From the NCBI GenBank assembly GCA_003971905.1, contig RSEE01000048.1:62001-126000 (forward strand): a DNA stretch of 64,000 nt, given 5' to 3'. Positions 38,901 through 52,788 of the stretch are shown piece by piece. The position numbers and the translations under genes are program-made. Below the pieces are notes generated by a model that was not told where the DNA came from, searched no databases, and saw only the letters and a list, made by a program, of their open reading frames with translations. Source of the stretch: Moniliella sp. 'wahieum'. Its lineage: Eukaryota. Within the stretch, counting starts at the first letter, position 1, and each line of letters starts with the position of its first letter.

Positions 38901-41900
38901 GAGGAACCAAATTCGAAGGGTGACATGCTATCCTCTGACGGACGAGCTGCAGGCACAGCAGGTGAGGCCAAATCCAAATTGGGCACCAAATCCTCCGAGG
39001 AGCGGAGAGCATGCTCGTATTCGAATGATTGTTTCACCGAAGAGGCCGGCCTGAGGTCGAATGCAGGGGCTGGCGGCGCGACTGGGAGGGGGCTTGCAGG
39101 TGAAACAGAATGGTCTTGCTCTAGCACGACAGCAGGAGCCGGTGGCTGAACTGCTGCGGACAACTGGGCGGGAGGACTTTGGTGCGGCAAGAATAGATCT
39201 CCTGGCTCGTTCGGATGGTCAGACGGGGATCCTGCGCTCCCCCGAGACAGCGCCGCCAAACGGCGTGCACGTTCTCGCGCTCGCTGAACTGGATCACCCG
39301 TGGGCGGAGATAAAGGTGCCTGACCAACATCAGGGTTGGAGTTGGCACAGTGGGCGGCTCGGATGACCAGCTGAAAGGTTCCCCCAATACCGGCGATTGA
39401 GATTTCTCCTTGTCAAGCACCGCATTATGAGCCTTTGGCGAAAGGGAGGTAGCCGGCGTTTGCGACAGAGCCTGTAGCTGCTGGCCGCATCGGGCAAGCT
39501 CGATGGAGATACAGGAGGAGATGTAGGTAACGGGGGAAAGGTTCGTGCGCACGCTTGGATGGAAGTGGAGAATGCGGCCGACCACGAGGCGGGGGCGAAC
39601 GCCGTCGGGGAGGGACTTGGATCCTTTTTTCCCGCGTGGAGTTGAGGGACTAGGCAAACTTGGTGCGGAAGCATTCGCGGGAGTCTGGCTCTGGAGCGCG
39701 GTTGCTATCGGAGGGGGAGCATCAGCACGGCTCCAGAGCGGAGCTGGTGCGGGAGGGGGGGCATCAGTGCTGCGTTGCTCCAATTGAGCTGCCATCCGCT
39801 GTACTTTGGACTGCTTTCGTGGGCGTGGCGCCGGTGCCAAACCCCTCGTCCAGACGGGAGGGATGGAAATGGGGATCGTGCGCTCCCAGCGAAAGAGGAA
39901 CGTCCAGTAGTGGGGAAGCCACTGGTATTTGTTGCCGATGATGATGCAGGAGGGGACACCGGCGCTATGCCTATCGTCGGGAACGATGATGATGACGGCA
40001 GTGTCGCATGTGAATCCGACGAACTCGTCCGCGTCGGTAGCCCAGGTTCAACTGGTCGCGACAGAACATGGATCCCAGAGGGCGAGGATGGAGATTTGCG
40101 CGAGGGAGAGGCGTCCAGTTGCTGGGGAAATGATAGGTCGGCAGACTGAGACGAAGGAGACATTATGGCAGCCAATGACAGCGATCCGCGCGAGCTTGAA
40201 GGCGAATCATTTCCATCTACTGGAAGGGGATGCCCTTGCCCTGTGCTGTCTTGAAACCGGAAGAAGTTGGCCGAGGTGGGGTTTTCACTGGAGGTGACTG
40301 AATCTCCCGGGGTGGAGTGGTCACAGGAGGGGAAGTCAACTGAATCTTCTGGGGGGAGATACAGCAGGTGGAGCCGCTGATTCAGGCGGGGTGGATGAAA
40401 AATGGAGACCATTATCCAGAGGTTTTCAGCAGAGATTGCCTCCGGTGTCGGCTCTTGGAAGCAGCACGTTCTTCCAGACGATCAAGGGAATGCAAGTCGA
40501 GTTCGACACCAGGAGAGATGAGACTCCCTCCCGTAGATGGGGACAGTGGACGGGGAGGGGAATGGATCGAGGCTTTGCGGTGGGATGATCCCTGGTCGAC
40601 CGCCGACGGAGGGGTGTGACTGGATTCATCGGGATGGGAGGGCTAATGGCGCGGGTGGGAGGGGATCTGGCTCCCACAACGGTATGCCATACTTGAGGGG
40701 CACAGGTTGTCCCTCAAGTTTGTCCTCGGCGCGCTGCCGCCCGAGCTCTTCAGACTCCGGCTCCTCTTCGGCGATGGAGGCGATGGAGTTGGACTGAGAG
40801 TGGCTCGGAGTCGCTCCTTCCGCCGGCTCGCTCGCCAAGATACCGAATACCTCCTCAAGCGCTTGAGACACCCGCTTGTAAGCCTCTGGTGACATATTGT
40901 CTAGCACTGACTGGCGCCGTTGAGCCTTGCGCGCACTCGTGGTCCGACGCATAGGCGGGCTGGCGTCAGATTCTGGATCCACCATCACTTCTTCATTCTC
41001 CAGGTCATGGCCCAGGTCAACAGATGCCATCTGCGGAGGCAGTGGCAAGGCAGGAGGCGGTGGTAACGTCTTCCCCGTTTCGCCAAGTCGTGTCGATCGG
41101 TACGAGGGGTGGTCGGGGTAGAGGAACCAGTCTCACTACGAGCTTGACGATCGCGGTGCACTTCGCGCATGTACTGGAAATCCCTCCCCGTCACGGGAGG
41201 ACCACAATTGACCTTTGGGAACGGGTCGGCCAGCATGGAGTGGGGATAAGGGCGAGATGCCTGGGGTAGCAGGTGACTGGGGCAAGTCGGGGGCCTCCTC
41301 TTCCACAGCACGAGAAGCGATAGTCATCGTGCTACGCAGTTGGTCCGCCAGCCGATCCAGGCCTATCGTGGCCGAGGAGGAGGACGATGGGATGGGGTCC
41401 TGGATGAACAAGCTCCCGACTCCACCAATGGAACTGGGCGGGAAACGACCGCCGGCGGGGGAAGTGATGGGAGAGCCCAACGTCGTGGAGGAGCTGGAGG
41501 AAGTGGTTGACAGTCGAGGGACCGACGGGGTCGTCGGTGAGGAGGTGTCGGTCAGGTTGTGTCGCATCTGGTCAATCAAGTCGTTTTCCTCCTCCTCTGT
41601 AAGAAAGACGGCGTCGTTGCGCTGGCGCTGGGCACGCAGCTGTTCGCGCATTGCCTCGATCTGCTGCAGCTGGGCTTGCTCGGCCGCTTCAGGATCATCG
41701 TGGCGAAGCAGGGTAAAGCGGCGGGTGAGGTGGGGCATGATGAGCGATGTGCCTGCAAGTACACGAGCCCGGACGCGTCAGCACGCACTCCAAGACAGCA
41801 AGAGCAGAGAAGGGAAGAGAGAACGTACGAGACGCAGCAGGCAGTTCGGGCAGAAGCGGTACAGGAGCAAGAGGCGCACGGGCGCGCGGGTTGCTGCGGG

Positions 41901-42262
41901 CGGGGGGTGGGTGTGCGCCCGGCTTGTCGCGGCTGCGTCCAGCAAGGCGGCTGCGGAGGGGCGAAGCGACTGGGCCAGCCAGTTTGGGTTTGGGCTTTGG
42001 CGGGGCCTTGGGCACGCTGGTCTGCGGCGGCGGGGCATAAAGGGGTGGAAGAGGCGGGACGGTTTGGGGGGTAGACGGTGCGGAAGGGGTGGAGCGTTCG
42101 GGTGCGGAGCGCGCGGAGCGGAAAGAGTGGTGCGTGTCTTGGGAAAGGCGGCGAGGAGGGAAGGCGGCGGCAGCAGCGGCAGTCTCCGCGCCGGCGCTGG
42201 CGCTTCCACCCAGTGTCGGCGCGCTCGCGGCGCTTCCAGCGGCTGAAGGGGTTGGGCGCCAT
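35953..42262 (-). CDS. Large low-complexity S/P-rich hypothetical protein (about 2000 aa, frameshifted)
   Basis: Chain of abutting minus-strand ORFs with a consistent S/P-rich composition and a few ordered blocks (MPHLTRRFTLLR, VVRRTLIFID, VVWQVIRDL); probable intron near 41740-41830. A single gene is inferred, not proven. Confidence 0.6.
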
Positions 42263-44547
42263 GGCTAGGTGGCGGAGGCGGGGCTGGAGGGGGGGCTGAG
42301 CGTGGGGGGATGATGGGGATGGAGATGGGGATGGGGATGGTGGTGGCCACGCAGCCGTAGCCAGGCGAGGCTGGGCAGGTGCGCTGTCCGCCTTCAAGCT
42401 TCGAGCTTCAAGCGGCAGCGCCCACGAAGGCAGCGCGCCACGCCGCGGCAGCACGCAATGACTGCCCCCGTGCTGGCCCCGCCACCGCCCCCGGGTGTCT
42501 GCGCGTGCCGCACAGCGCCAGTCTCCGTCCGATATAGCATCGCATATCACCGTCTATCACGCCCCATCACTCGGTCACTGGGTCACATGTCAGATGTCAC
42601 GCGTCACGCGTCACGAGGCACGAATCACTCACTAGCCACTAGTTTCGCTCACTAACACTAGCCACGAGTCACTGTCACATGTCACAGTCCAAGTTAATAC
42701 TCGTTACCTCGAGTGAGGCTCTCCCAGTGTCAGACGCATCAGATTTTCAGGTGTTAGCGCACTTGGGCTTACTAGCAGGCCGTGGGCCTTGAGTCAAAAC
42801 AAAGATCCCATACCATGCTGCCGCGACGCTGCCTTGGCACATCTATGTCCAAAGGATGTACCCCCCCCCCTTCTCCACCGTCACTAGTCACTGGCCACAC
42901 GGCTGTGCTCTACCTATACTGGACCGACTCGTGTGGGGGGGGGGTGAAAACATTTCCCCTATTCCAAGACTTCCGAGAATATAAGAGCCTCTATCATAGG
43001 CCTTTGCATGGTATCTGTGGGTTCGCTGACGGAACACAGAGGTGAGGGCGAAGAACAGGCATCGGCAACGGACATATTTCCACATCATCTATAGTCTGTA
43101 TACACCGTAGATAGATCGGGAAAGTGCGGGTGTTTATTGTCTCGTCTCTATCTCCTCGAGTGTGTGCACATCTACATGTCATCGTTCCAAACCATTTAGG
43201 AAGAGAGAAGCTCTTCACCTAGGGCAGCAAGCTGCTCAGCCTCGGCCGCGTCATTTCGCCCTGCAGAGCTTCTCTTCTTTCCCCCCCCCGCTCCTATGCA
43301 TTTCCACCGCTATACAGGCCTCAATATAGTCACTCTACGGCCGTCAGTGGACCATATCGTTCTCGACGCCCCCTCGTCCTCCGTATAGCACATTGTATAC
43401 TGGCCCATGTCACTACTGATTGCAGCACCTCCATGCCCCAGTGACGCACCGTTGTGTGCTTAATTCCTCACTTTCGTCCATGACTCTGAAGGAACTTATC
43501 TTGACTCTTTTCTCAGACTTTGATCCGTGGAAGTAGTCTGGTTACTATCGCACAGTATATATCACCTTCTCTCCATCTTGGCCACAGTTCATTGGCTTCT
43601 TCACTCCTTCGTGAATCCGCACCACTATATACAGGCAAAACATTATAATAGTTGCTACATCTGCTCTGCGCCTTCTCGCCTCTCATTCTTCCACCTCTCT
43701 TCCTCAGATTCAGATTGCAGGCCCTCTTCAGTGTTTCGGCTGTCTGGAATCCTCGATGTGTGGAGCTTTCAATTGAAGTCTTCACGCGTCTCACAGCTTC
43801 AATCCGTAGTACAGTTTCCGCTTATTCTCTCTGGCAGTCTAATAAAGTTCGGTCTCCAGTTTGTCCCCCCCGTTTTGATTTGCCTTTTGTCCGTCCTCGA
43901 GCTCCTTCCGACCCGTTGCTACTACCCATGCCGGTATCTACGCAGCCTATAATATCCAGGCTTAGTTGGGAGACTGAATCAAGTAGGGAAAAAGAAAGGT
44001 TTGCGGCTTCGCAAGACTGTTGCGCGCTTTCAGGCAATTTGCCCCCAAGCATGGCACTGGAACCCACTGAAGACGTGCGATTGAGGCCGGCCTGGCGGAG
44101 TGCGCAGCAGGACTGCCTCCTCCATCTGTTTCCGCCCTCACAGGCGGAACCACATTACCAAACCGCTTACGTGGATAAGTTTAGCACGCTTTGCAGACGC
44201 GCCACTCACCACAACCTCAGTCCTTCAGTGGCAGCCCAACTAAGACGGGGCGCACAACAGAAAACCACATTCCCAAAGTACAGCCATTACAGCTGTCTCC
44301 GCGTAGCTGCTGCTAGCGCCGTAGCCACCGGATTTGTACCGCCGTCGTCATGTGAACACAGTTAATTTATTTATCCCATTATTAACCTACCCTCTCTCAT
44401 CCTTGCCTGTCCGACCTTCTCAATTCTCCTTCACTACAAAGCATGCTGTACCAATAGAAGTGCAATTCCTGAACAACATATGCTGCGCTACAATTCCATG
44501 CAATCTACATGCTTTGCTTCCAACTGCTCTTATACAGTGCAGATACC

Positions 44548-47500
44548 CTAGGCCAGGCCCAGCGACGCGAACGAGTTGCCCCCGGCCTGCCCCGCGCGGC
44601 CATTGCTTGGAGAGGGGCGAGGGCGGTTAGAACGACGAGGTTGCGTTTCGGGGGCGAGGAAGGCGTCCAACCCATCCAGCACACTCATGCTCAGACGCTT
44701 CTCGACCGCATGGGATGCTGCGATCGGGTCAGTGAGCACGTCCATCTGGAACAGGGCCGGGTCGTACCCGCCCTGGGCACGGGCCAGTGCTTCCGCCACA
44801 TCCTCCAGCGCCAGGGCGGCGGTGAGCCAGTTGAGGGAAGCCAGCACAGCCGAAAGAGCATGCGCCCGGTGCATCGTCGCTGGCACCGGTAGGGGACGAC
44901 CCTCCTCAATTTCCGTGTACGCGCGCGTCACCCGTTGTGCCCGCGCCCGCGCCGCCTCGGCCCCTCGGCATGGGGCTCAGCTACCGCAAACGCATATACC
45001 ACAGCGAAGACGGCAGCACGGACGTCCGCTTTGCTCCACCACGCTCGACGCGATAGCGCGGCTGTTGCTTCCATCCGCTCGGCGTCGCGCACCACTGTCA
45101 GGCGAACGGCAGCAGCGGCGAGAACCAAAGCCGTCGGTAGCGAATCCGACACTAAACACTCCCGCAGCGATGCCGGCATCTCAACCGCAGCCTGGGCCAC
45201 TGCCAGGCGAGTGGGTACGCTTTGGCGTGTAATGCTCAGTGGGGCAGAACGAGAAGTAAGAAGACTGGGAACCCAGTCGGGAGCATCCTGCCCCCACACT
45301 CCGTGAAGAAGAGATTCCAAAGATGTGATAGGCACCTGTTGGAGGGCGAGTCGATCGTCGTTCGCAACCCATTCAGATACAACCGGCTCCAACTTCGGGG
45401 CTGTCACCGTTTCCATGTCTTCCTCCCCTGGCAAGGCAGGAAGGGTAGCCAATGAGGCAGCCAGGTGGTCATCAGCCGCATCCAATCCCCGTCATCCGAA
45501 TCAGCGTCTGAGCCGGAGTCGAACCCAGAGGGAACCATACTGCCGCGGCGGGAGATCGAGTAGGACGAGGGCGTGCCAACGCTCACCAATTCATCCGGGT
45601 CCTCGTCAGGACGGTATCGAACGCCTTGGATCCAACGGAACTGCTCCGTTCCTTCGCCCTCCTCTTCTTTCTCCGCTGCTGACGCAGCATCCATAGCTTG
45701 GGCTAGGTCGAGTGCTTTGCGCTCCGCTTCCTGTGCTGCAACCTCGCTTTGAGACAAGGGCCGGCGAGCCCAAAGCATGCCGAATTCATCAAACAAGGCG
45801 GCGTACGCCCACCGGCGCAGCTGTGCCGGTGCCGAACCCGCAGCATCAATCGATGGCCAATCTGGGTTTTCAGGTGCAGGAGGGAGCACTACTGAGCGTC
45901 TCACAAGACTGGTTACCAATCCCTGTGGGAAAAGGCCAGACACAAACTCGCCACGCCACGTAAGAAGAGCAGTCGTATCGGGTACGGCAGTCCACCAAGT
46001 GGCCTGAGCCACAACAGGATCGTCGTCCAACGAACCCGACTCTTTCTGCGTTACCAAGGCGGCATCCTCAGTCGAGAGTTGTGCGACTTGGTCTTGGGGA
46101 TTAAACAAAACCGAGTCAGGTGCCGCCACCCCATGGCCCACCGCATAGCTCGAAGCTCGCTCATGAAGCATCGTCACCAACCGATCCCGCACATCCGCCA
46201 GGGCTGTTGACAATGTCCCGCGCATCACTGTCCCAGTCCGAATGCCCTCTCTCAGCAGCAAGAGGCGGCTTAGCACAGCTGCAATGGAACGCTGCACCGG
46301 GTCCAGGGCTGACGACGTGGCCTCTAGTATGGCGGACGCGCCTGATCCCACCGTCGACCCTGGAGCAGCCTGGGTGTGGCTGCACCCGACGAGGGGGCAG
46401 ATCCCGGAGGACAAGTCGGACGCGGTCCTCGCCCATAGGCCGAGGCGAGAGGGACCAGAACGAAGGGGCGAGGGGGTCGTCGTAGCAGGAGGGGGGGCTG
46501 GTGGTGCGGATCCATTCCTCTCGGACCAAAGTCGCTAGTGATTCTAGTCGGGTTGATGCAACAAAGCCTTCTCCAGTAGACGAGTATACTCAACTTCAGG
46601 TGGGGGTGGCTGGCCCGGCTTGCGTTGCGTCCCCGGGATTGGAGCAGAGATGGTGGAAAAGCAAACAAAGGCAATAAACGGCCAGGAGCGTAAACGAGTA
46701 GATAATGTCTCCCAAGTGTATACCGAGATGGACAGGAACGAAGCATAGGCGGATCACCGTCTGCCGGCGCCCATTCGGGTCGGTAAGAGCACCGAATCTT
46801 GGAAAAGGCCGAGGCGAGCGGGATCGAGGATTCCGAGTTCGCCGCGCTGGAGACCCTGGGGAAGCGGAACGGGGTTTTCGGCCGCCACGCTTTCGAGGAA
46901 CTGAGAGGAACCCATCTTCATTGACCAAGCCCGTTTGCTCCCTCCAGAAGGCGGAGGACACAGGCTGCACAGAAGGGACGCCAGAGGCGCATACGCTGCG
47001 CCTCCTTTGGGACCGCACGCACGAGAATAGTATCGTCATCTGCAAGCACAAACACTTTCCGAGTGCCGCCGTGGGACAAAGCCAGATCAACCAATCCCTC
47101 AGGGCCTGGTTCCTGCGCATACACCACCCGCACCTCGGGATCAAGGTCGCGGAGTGCAAGAGTAGCAGCCGCCACTGCATCTGGCACGACGCGAGGTGCA
47201 AACGGGGATGGTACTCTATTCTCGATTTGAAAAGACGGGTTGATACGAGTAGAAGGGGCAACGCGCATATACAGCTCATTGGCCTTGGCTTGAGCTGAAA
47301 AATGAGCAAAATCGTCGGCAGTCACCGGCGGGCTTGGAGCGGCAGCAGAGACGGAAGTAGGGGCTTTTATAGGAGGCAAAGGAGCAGCAGGCCCAGTAAG
47401 AACAAAAGTGGGGTCCAATCCACAGGCACGCAAGAGGCGGGCAAATCTTTGGACTCCGGCGCGCCACGCCTCACCTGGGGAGTGCTGCTTAGAGGAAGAG

Positions 47501-47644
47501 CGGAGAAAGGTGGTAAGAGGAAGTTGACCAGGCGTTCAAGTCGACGATGAGAACAGGTGCATCCGTCGTACCAGTGGGAACAACAGGGAATGCTCGCGGA
47601 GGCTGTTCCGCAATCGTCTGGGTTATTAGGGTGGGCGGGGGCAT
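44548..47644 (-). CDS. Hypothetical protein, possibly asteroid/XPG-like PIN-domain family
   Basis: Long contiguous minus-strand coding frames. N-terminal VLIVDLNAW..RACGLDPTFV..VVYAQEPGPEGLVDLA..VFVLADDDTILV resembles PIN strand/acidic spacing; family call is tentative. Confidence 0.5.
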
Positions 47645-49243
47645 GGTTGGTGATGGTGGCGATGAAGCTAGTGAAGCTTGAAGGTGGTCTGAGGTACTAG
47701 TGAAATTTGCAAGCACCGCGTGACGTCACCGCTAATTATTGGTCAGCACTGTATTTCCGCTCGTTGAACGTTGAGCCATTCAAGTCGTTCGCCTCTATCT
47801 TCCCTTACCCAAATGACACGGCGGGAAAAGCTGGTGAAGACATCGAGGAAGGAACCGCTGCCAGTTCCCGATGGCTCCTTAACTAATTAAGCGGCCTTGC
47901 TTCAACTCCGGTCTGATGGCGAGAGATGATGCTATGTCACTATTACAAAGCAGTTTGACATATTTGGCCACGGGAAGGCAAACGAGTATAGGCCACAAGG
48001 CCCTCGGCCCTCCCTCTACTCGCTCACCAGTCACTGCGATCAAGACTTTTTGTTAACTATGTTTCTACTTCTAGCAGCGGAAGGACACACGAGGAACACC
48101 ACGTTCACTCACTAGACGCGCGCATGACGGCAGCGGAAGCACCCAAAAACATGGGCTGCGTCCGTCCATTTTGCACCACCATTATGTATCGTCACTTCCA
48201 CGTTTTCACTCACATGTTGTTCAGTGAAGTACTGTGACTATTGCTCTTTCAGCAGCCAACACGACCATAGGCTACAAAGCTTGACGGAAACAATCTGGCT
48301 TGAGAAGAAATGTGCGAACCATTACGATGTGGGGCTGTGGCAAGCGTCATTAAGAAGTCCCCCTATTACAGAGGTATAGTCAGCCCAAAAGCTTCTCATA
48401 GAAGGTTATACCGGTAGTGGGGTTCCGTGCTTGGTGGAGCATAACATTCCTTGTTTCAGGAGCTAGAGTATACAACCACCATTTTGCCATTCGGGCGAAA
48501 GCATGTTAATGTCCGTGTCGGGCTTGGGGCGGGGAGAAGTCTTACTCCTATCAGCCATACCACAGCTTGGATTTAGTTGCGCCCTTTCCACAACCGAGGA
48601 GTACGCCCAGTAAGTGGCTAACTGCCGCCTCCTCCGTGGGTCGATCCCAGGGATTCCGAAGGGAAACGGGCAGCGCGGGAGTGGACGACTCACTCGTCGC
48701 CCGTCGACTATAGAGAGAGAGGAACGACTCGCATCGTCCCGATAACTTGCCTGGGGCCATTCGTGAAGTAGGACAAAAAATGTGTTGCGGCTTCTTGCTA
48801 GCTGTCCACCTCTTCCTCCAGTGCAAAGTTCTGCCTGCTGCGGAAGACTTGGCGCCGGTCGTCGTAGCAACTGGACACAAGCTAAAAATTGCCAGATGCC
48901 ATGCCAGGTAGGGACGGGGTCAAGGTGGGGGTTCTTGCAGAGGTTGAAAAAGAAGGTTGCGATGCACGGAGTGAGGGTGGGGGAGGTCCTGCGGGTGTGC
49001 TTCACCAAGGCCGAAAAGCGTCAGAGTGCCGGAGGAAGAGGATTAATGATGCCGATGAGGCATGATGGATGATGCATGATGATCATGCCTGAAGCCCTGA
49101 AGCTTGACGGCCTGAACGTCAGAACGCCTGTGGGGGCATCAGCCCGAAAGTGTTACATTTCAACTTCAAGTGGGTGATCATTTCCACGTCAGAGTGGTTG
49201 GCTGCGTCTGCACCACCACCATCTCGTCCCGCTCTGTGCTTCC

Positions 49244-50298
49244 ATGAGTCTCGCATCAGTCCAAGCGCCTTCTACCAAGGCGCGTATCGCAGCTGCATCT
49301 CGCAGGCTACCTCCCAGACTACCATGGGCGATGCACACGATCCCGGTGTGGGTCTTCTCTACGCTGCTCGCGCCCAGATTGCTCTGGGCGAGCCGCAAGC
49401 AGCGCTCGCCTTGGTACCTGCCAGTGTGGCCGAAGAGCCATCGGAAGCTCTTTCTTCTGCAGCCGCGGCCGTTAGGCAACTCGCACAATACACCAATGCC
49501 CTTGACACGGCTGATCTAGGCGCGGCGACGACGCCCTTGCAGCCTTGACTGAGCTGGCGGCGGATGCCGAATTTGCTGCCGACACCGCCGAGCTAGGCGT
49601 CTCTGCTCCCGCTGTTGTCGCCTTTGTGCCGCGACGGCTATGGTCCAAGAGGGGACCCCCTTGGTGCTTTGGACGTCCTGAGCACCAACGCTGGTGAGAC
49701 GGACGATCTGGAAGTTATTGCCCTCCGCATCCACATTTTGCTCTCCATTCACCGCACCGACTTGGCCCAACAGCTGTTCAACCAAGCACGTTCTTGGGCG
49801 GAGGATTCGTTGCTCATTCAGCTGGTAGAGGCTTGGATTGGACTGGCTCAAGGAGGGCGCGCTGCCCAACAGGCGTATTATGTACGACGAATTGGCTACT
49901 GCTCCTGGTGCTCCGGGCTCGGACCCCTCGGACCGGGCGACTCTGCTCGCTGCCAAGGCTGCCTCTCAGATGGCCTTATCCCAATGGACGGAGGCGGAGG
50001 CAACCTTGGTCAGCGCAAAGTCATTGGACCCACGCAACGCCGATGTGCTGGCCAACTTGGCAATCTTGCAGCCCCATCTATCGCGCACCGGTGCAGGGGT
50101 GCAAGACGCTGTACGTACGTCCGTTCTCCTACCTGACCCTTGTCTACTTGGAATGGCTAACACAGTGGCTGACACCGGTGTCCTTGCAGAGCGTTGAATG
50201 AAGCTCAACCCACGCACCCACTTGTGGCTACGTACGCTGAACGAAGCGAGCTGTTCGACGAACTGGCGGCCAAGTTGGCGATGGAGGTGGTTGCTTGA
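49244..50298 (+). CDS. SEC28: Coatomer epsilon subunit
   Basis: AFYQGAYRSCI; DLEVIALRIHILLSIHRTDLA; WAEDSLLIQLVEAWIGLAQGG..QQAYY; intron about 50111-50189; last exon PTHPLVATYAERSELFDELAAK. Confidence 0.92.
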
Positions 50299-50611
50299 AC
50301 ACCATTTCCTGCGTCAATAAAGTCTGGGTGAAGTTTCCAACTATGGAAATGAGGGCAATGGCCATCCATCTAGGAACAAAGCAAGTGATTTTTTCCAGAG
50401 AGCTGCATCCACTTGGAGCCACCCACAGAATCAGATGAGGGCAACAGGGAGACATGACAATAAGCTCGTCTGCGGATGCATCTTGTCCGGCATCTACAGC
50501 AGTGATAAAGGGGAGGTAAGGAAATGCCGAGTGACTAGGCCCTCGTATCTACCAGCGAAACAATGGCGCGGCACCCTTGCAACAGCAACTAGAGGTATTG
50601 TTGCACCATGC

Positions 50612-51563
50612 TTAGTACCAGCCGCCCCAGGGGCTGCCTCACCCTCCTTCGCCAAAGACAGATAGAGGTCACGCATGCGAGTGTTGTCCACGTTAGCGCC
50701 CTGGGGAGGCTTGGCAATCGTCTTGCTCTGGTCCGACTCGAGACCAAGATATTTGTTGACCCGCTGCCACGTCGTGCCCTCGACCAGATCCTTGTCCCGC
50801 TGGGCAAGCAAAGCCGCTTCGTTCTCCCTGCAGTCAATACAAGTCAGTCACGCATGCTATAGGCTCTTCGGGAAGACAACGCACTTGTTCTTGGCAATCG
50901 TCTTTTCCTTCTTGGTATTGTACTCCTCGTAGAACATGTCGATCTCACGCTCCGCGCGGGAGATCGTCTCGCCCTTAAGCTCTCGGCCGTGGCGTTGCGA
51001 GCCGCAATGTCATCCGCTTGGCGGGAGCGCCAGGCACGTACCGGCTCAGGCTCCCCCGTCTCATCATCGTCGTCGTACGGGTTGGCCGGGCAACGGCCAT
51101 AGATGGGCCGGAGTTGAACTGGAACGTATGGCTCGGCTCCGCGGCTCCTCACGAGAAACAGCAGCTGGGGCTGCATCTGCAATAGCTTGGTCCAGTTCGG
51201 GGTCATTGAACGCAGGGAACTGGTCCTCAAATGCAGCTTTGCGTGCCGCCGTGTCGGCATCGTCGTCTACAGCAAACAAGGAGGCAGCCATGTCAGCCCC
51301 TGCCTGAGGAACGGGGGGAGCAGGGGCAACGGGTTCGTCAAAGCCAAAGCCACCCGGACTCAGTACTGCCGGTTCGGCGCGGCGGGCTCGGCACTCAGCT
51401 CGCCATCAACGCCAATGGCAGGGAAGCGAGAAGCCGTGTCGTCTGGCAGAGCGGGGGCTGGGGGCGCGGCGCCAACGCCGAGCAGGTCGCTGTCGGCAGC
51501 CAGGTCTCCCAAGGCAGCGCGTTCGCGCGCGAGGAAGTCAGCGGTAGGGTCCGTCTCAGCCAT
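50612..51563 (-). CDS. CLC1: Clathrin light chain
   Basis: DPTADFLARERAALGD; AFEDQFPAF; EPEPVRAWR; GTTWQRVNKYL; RMRDLYLSL..APGAAG. The end assumes a 1-bp error restoring a GY-stop terminus. Confidence 0.92.
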
Positions 51564-52139
51564 GGTGGCGATGCGAGTGTGGTGGTGGGGCAGTGATCCG
51601 AGAGTGCCTTGAGCTCAGGCTGAGGCCAGGCCAGTTCCAAGCGCGACGCCAACGGAGCAACGTGGAGTCGGGGTGCTGCTTAGGTAACCTCGGGGGACAG
51701 TTGGCGACCGCTTCAAACAGGCGCGCAGCAAACCGCGAGCGAGGTTGGCGCAGCAGCGGAAATGCGCCATTCCGCCACTAGCTCCCCTGTTCATCGACGA
51801 GACGGCACACCCCCACCCAAATGGCCCAGCAGGAAAGGGTTTAGGCCCTGGGAGGCTAGAGCCACCATGCCCATCTGTGTCTCTCCCCCATAGCCGTGAG
51901 AGCAGCAACGAAGAACTAGGCCATGGTGTCGCCAGCTAGCCTGCGCCTTTGCGCACAGGGGCAAAGCCCTCAATTTTGCGCAAGTACAATAGCAGACGTT
52001 TGGTCAGTGGCGTGTGTTGAGGTGAAAATGGACGGTCTCATAAAGTGGTTATATCGACAAAAACACTGAACACATCTATGACGAGATGCCCTTCGGCCTG
52101 TACATGTCGCCTCAATGGAATCGACAAACGCAAGCAATA

Positions 52140-52788
52140 TCAAAACGGGTCTTCCACAGCTGATGGGGTAATTGACAATGAAAAGGGAGGTAGCGTCTTT
52201 AGCACTACACAGGTAGAAAAGAGGAGCGAAAGAAGAAGGCGACGGCCGGGAGAAAAGGCGTCACGTGCCACTAGGCAGAAGAGATTATCTTGAGAATATG
52301 GTGGAATAATATGAGTGTCCGTCATACCACGTGTTCATGAAAGAGGTTAGATCCCGTGTCCCCAAAGGGCGGTCCTCCCATTTCACTTTTTTTTTCGAGA
52401 CAAAAGTGGAGAAGAGAATTGGGGGGGAACAGGCCAGAAGGAAGGCTGAAGTGCTAGATCACGTTACTCAGAAGAGTGAAAAATGCTGAGCACACGATCG
52501 CAGTGATCGCACATGAAAAATGTCCTCCTTTGTGGGACCGTGTCTCTGCTTTTCGAGATGCACCGAGGGAGCGGGGCCTGGTGCCATCCCACCATCGGGG
52601 GGATAGTAACCCTGTGGAGGATAGCCTCCCTGAAATACCTGAGGAGCCCCAGGAGGTGGAGCCGAGTATCCCTGAGGGGGATAGGCACCGTAATCAGGTG
52701 CGGGCGCACCGGCTTGGACCGGTCCATGAAGCTCGTTTTTGTTCCCGTACGAGGGAGGAGGCTCAGAAGGTGGAGGATACGTTGCCAT
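52140..52788 (-). CDS. Small Pro/Tyr/Gly-rich protein (possibly CYSTM-type tail-anchored)
   Basis: MATYPPPSEPPPSY..YPPQGY repeats in exon 1; downstream exons uncertain. Confidence 0.5.

Noticed and set aside
41215..42246. 343-aa plus-strand ORF and similar long antisense ORFs
   Set aside because: Shadow frames of GC-rich coding sequence on the opposite strand.
48463..49008. Minus-strand ORF divergent from SEC28
   Set aside because: Position is plausible for a gene, but no recognisable motif or consistent frame.
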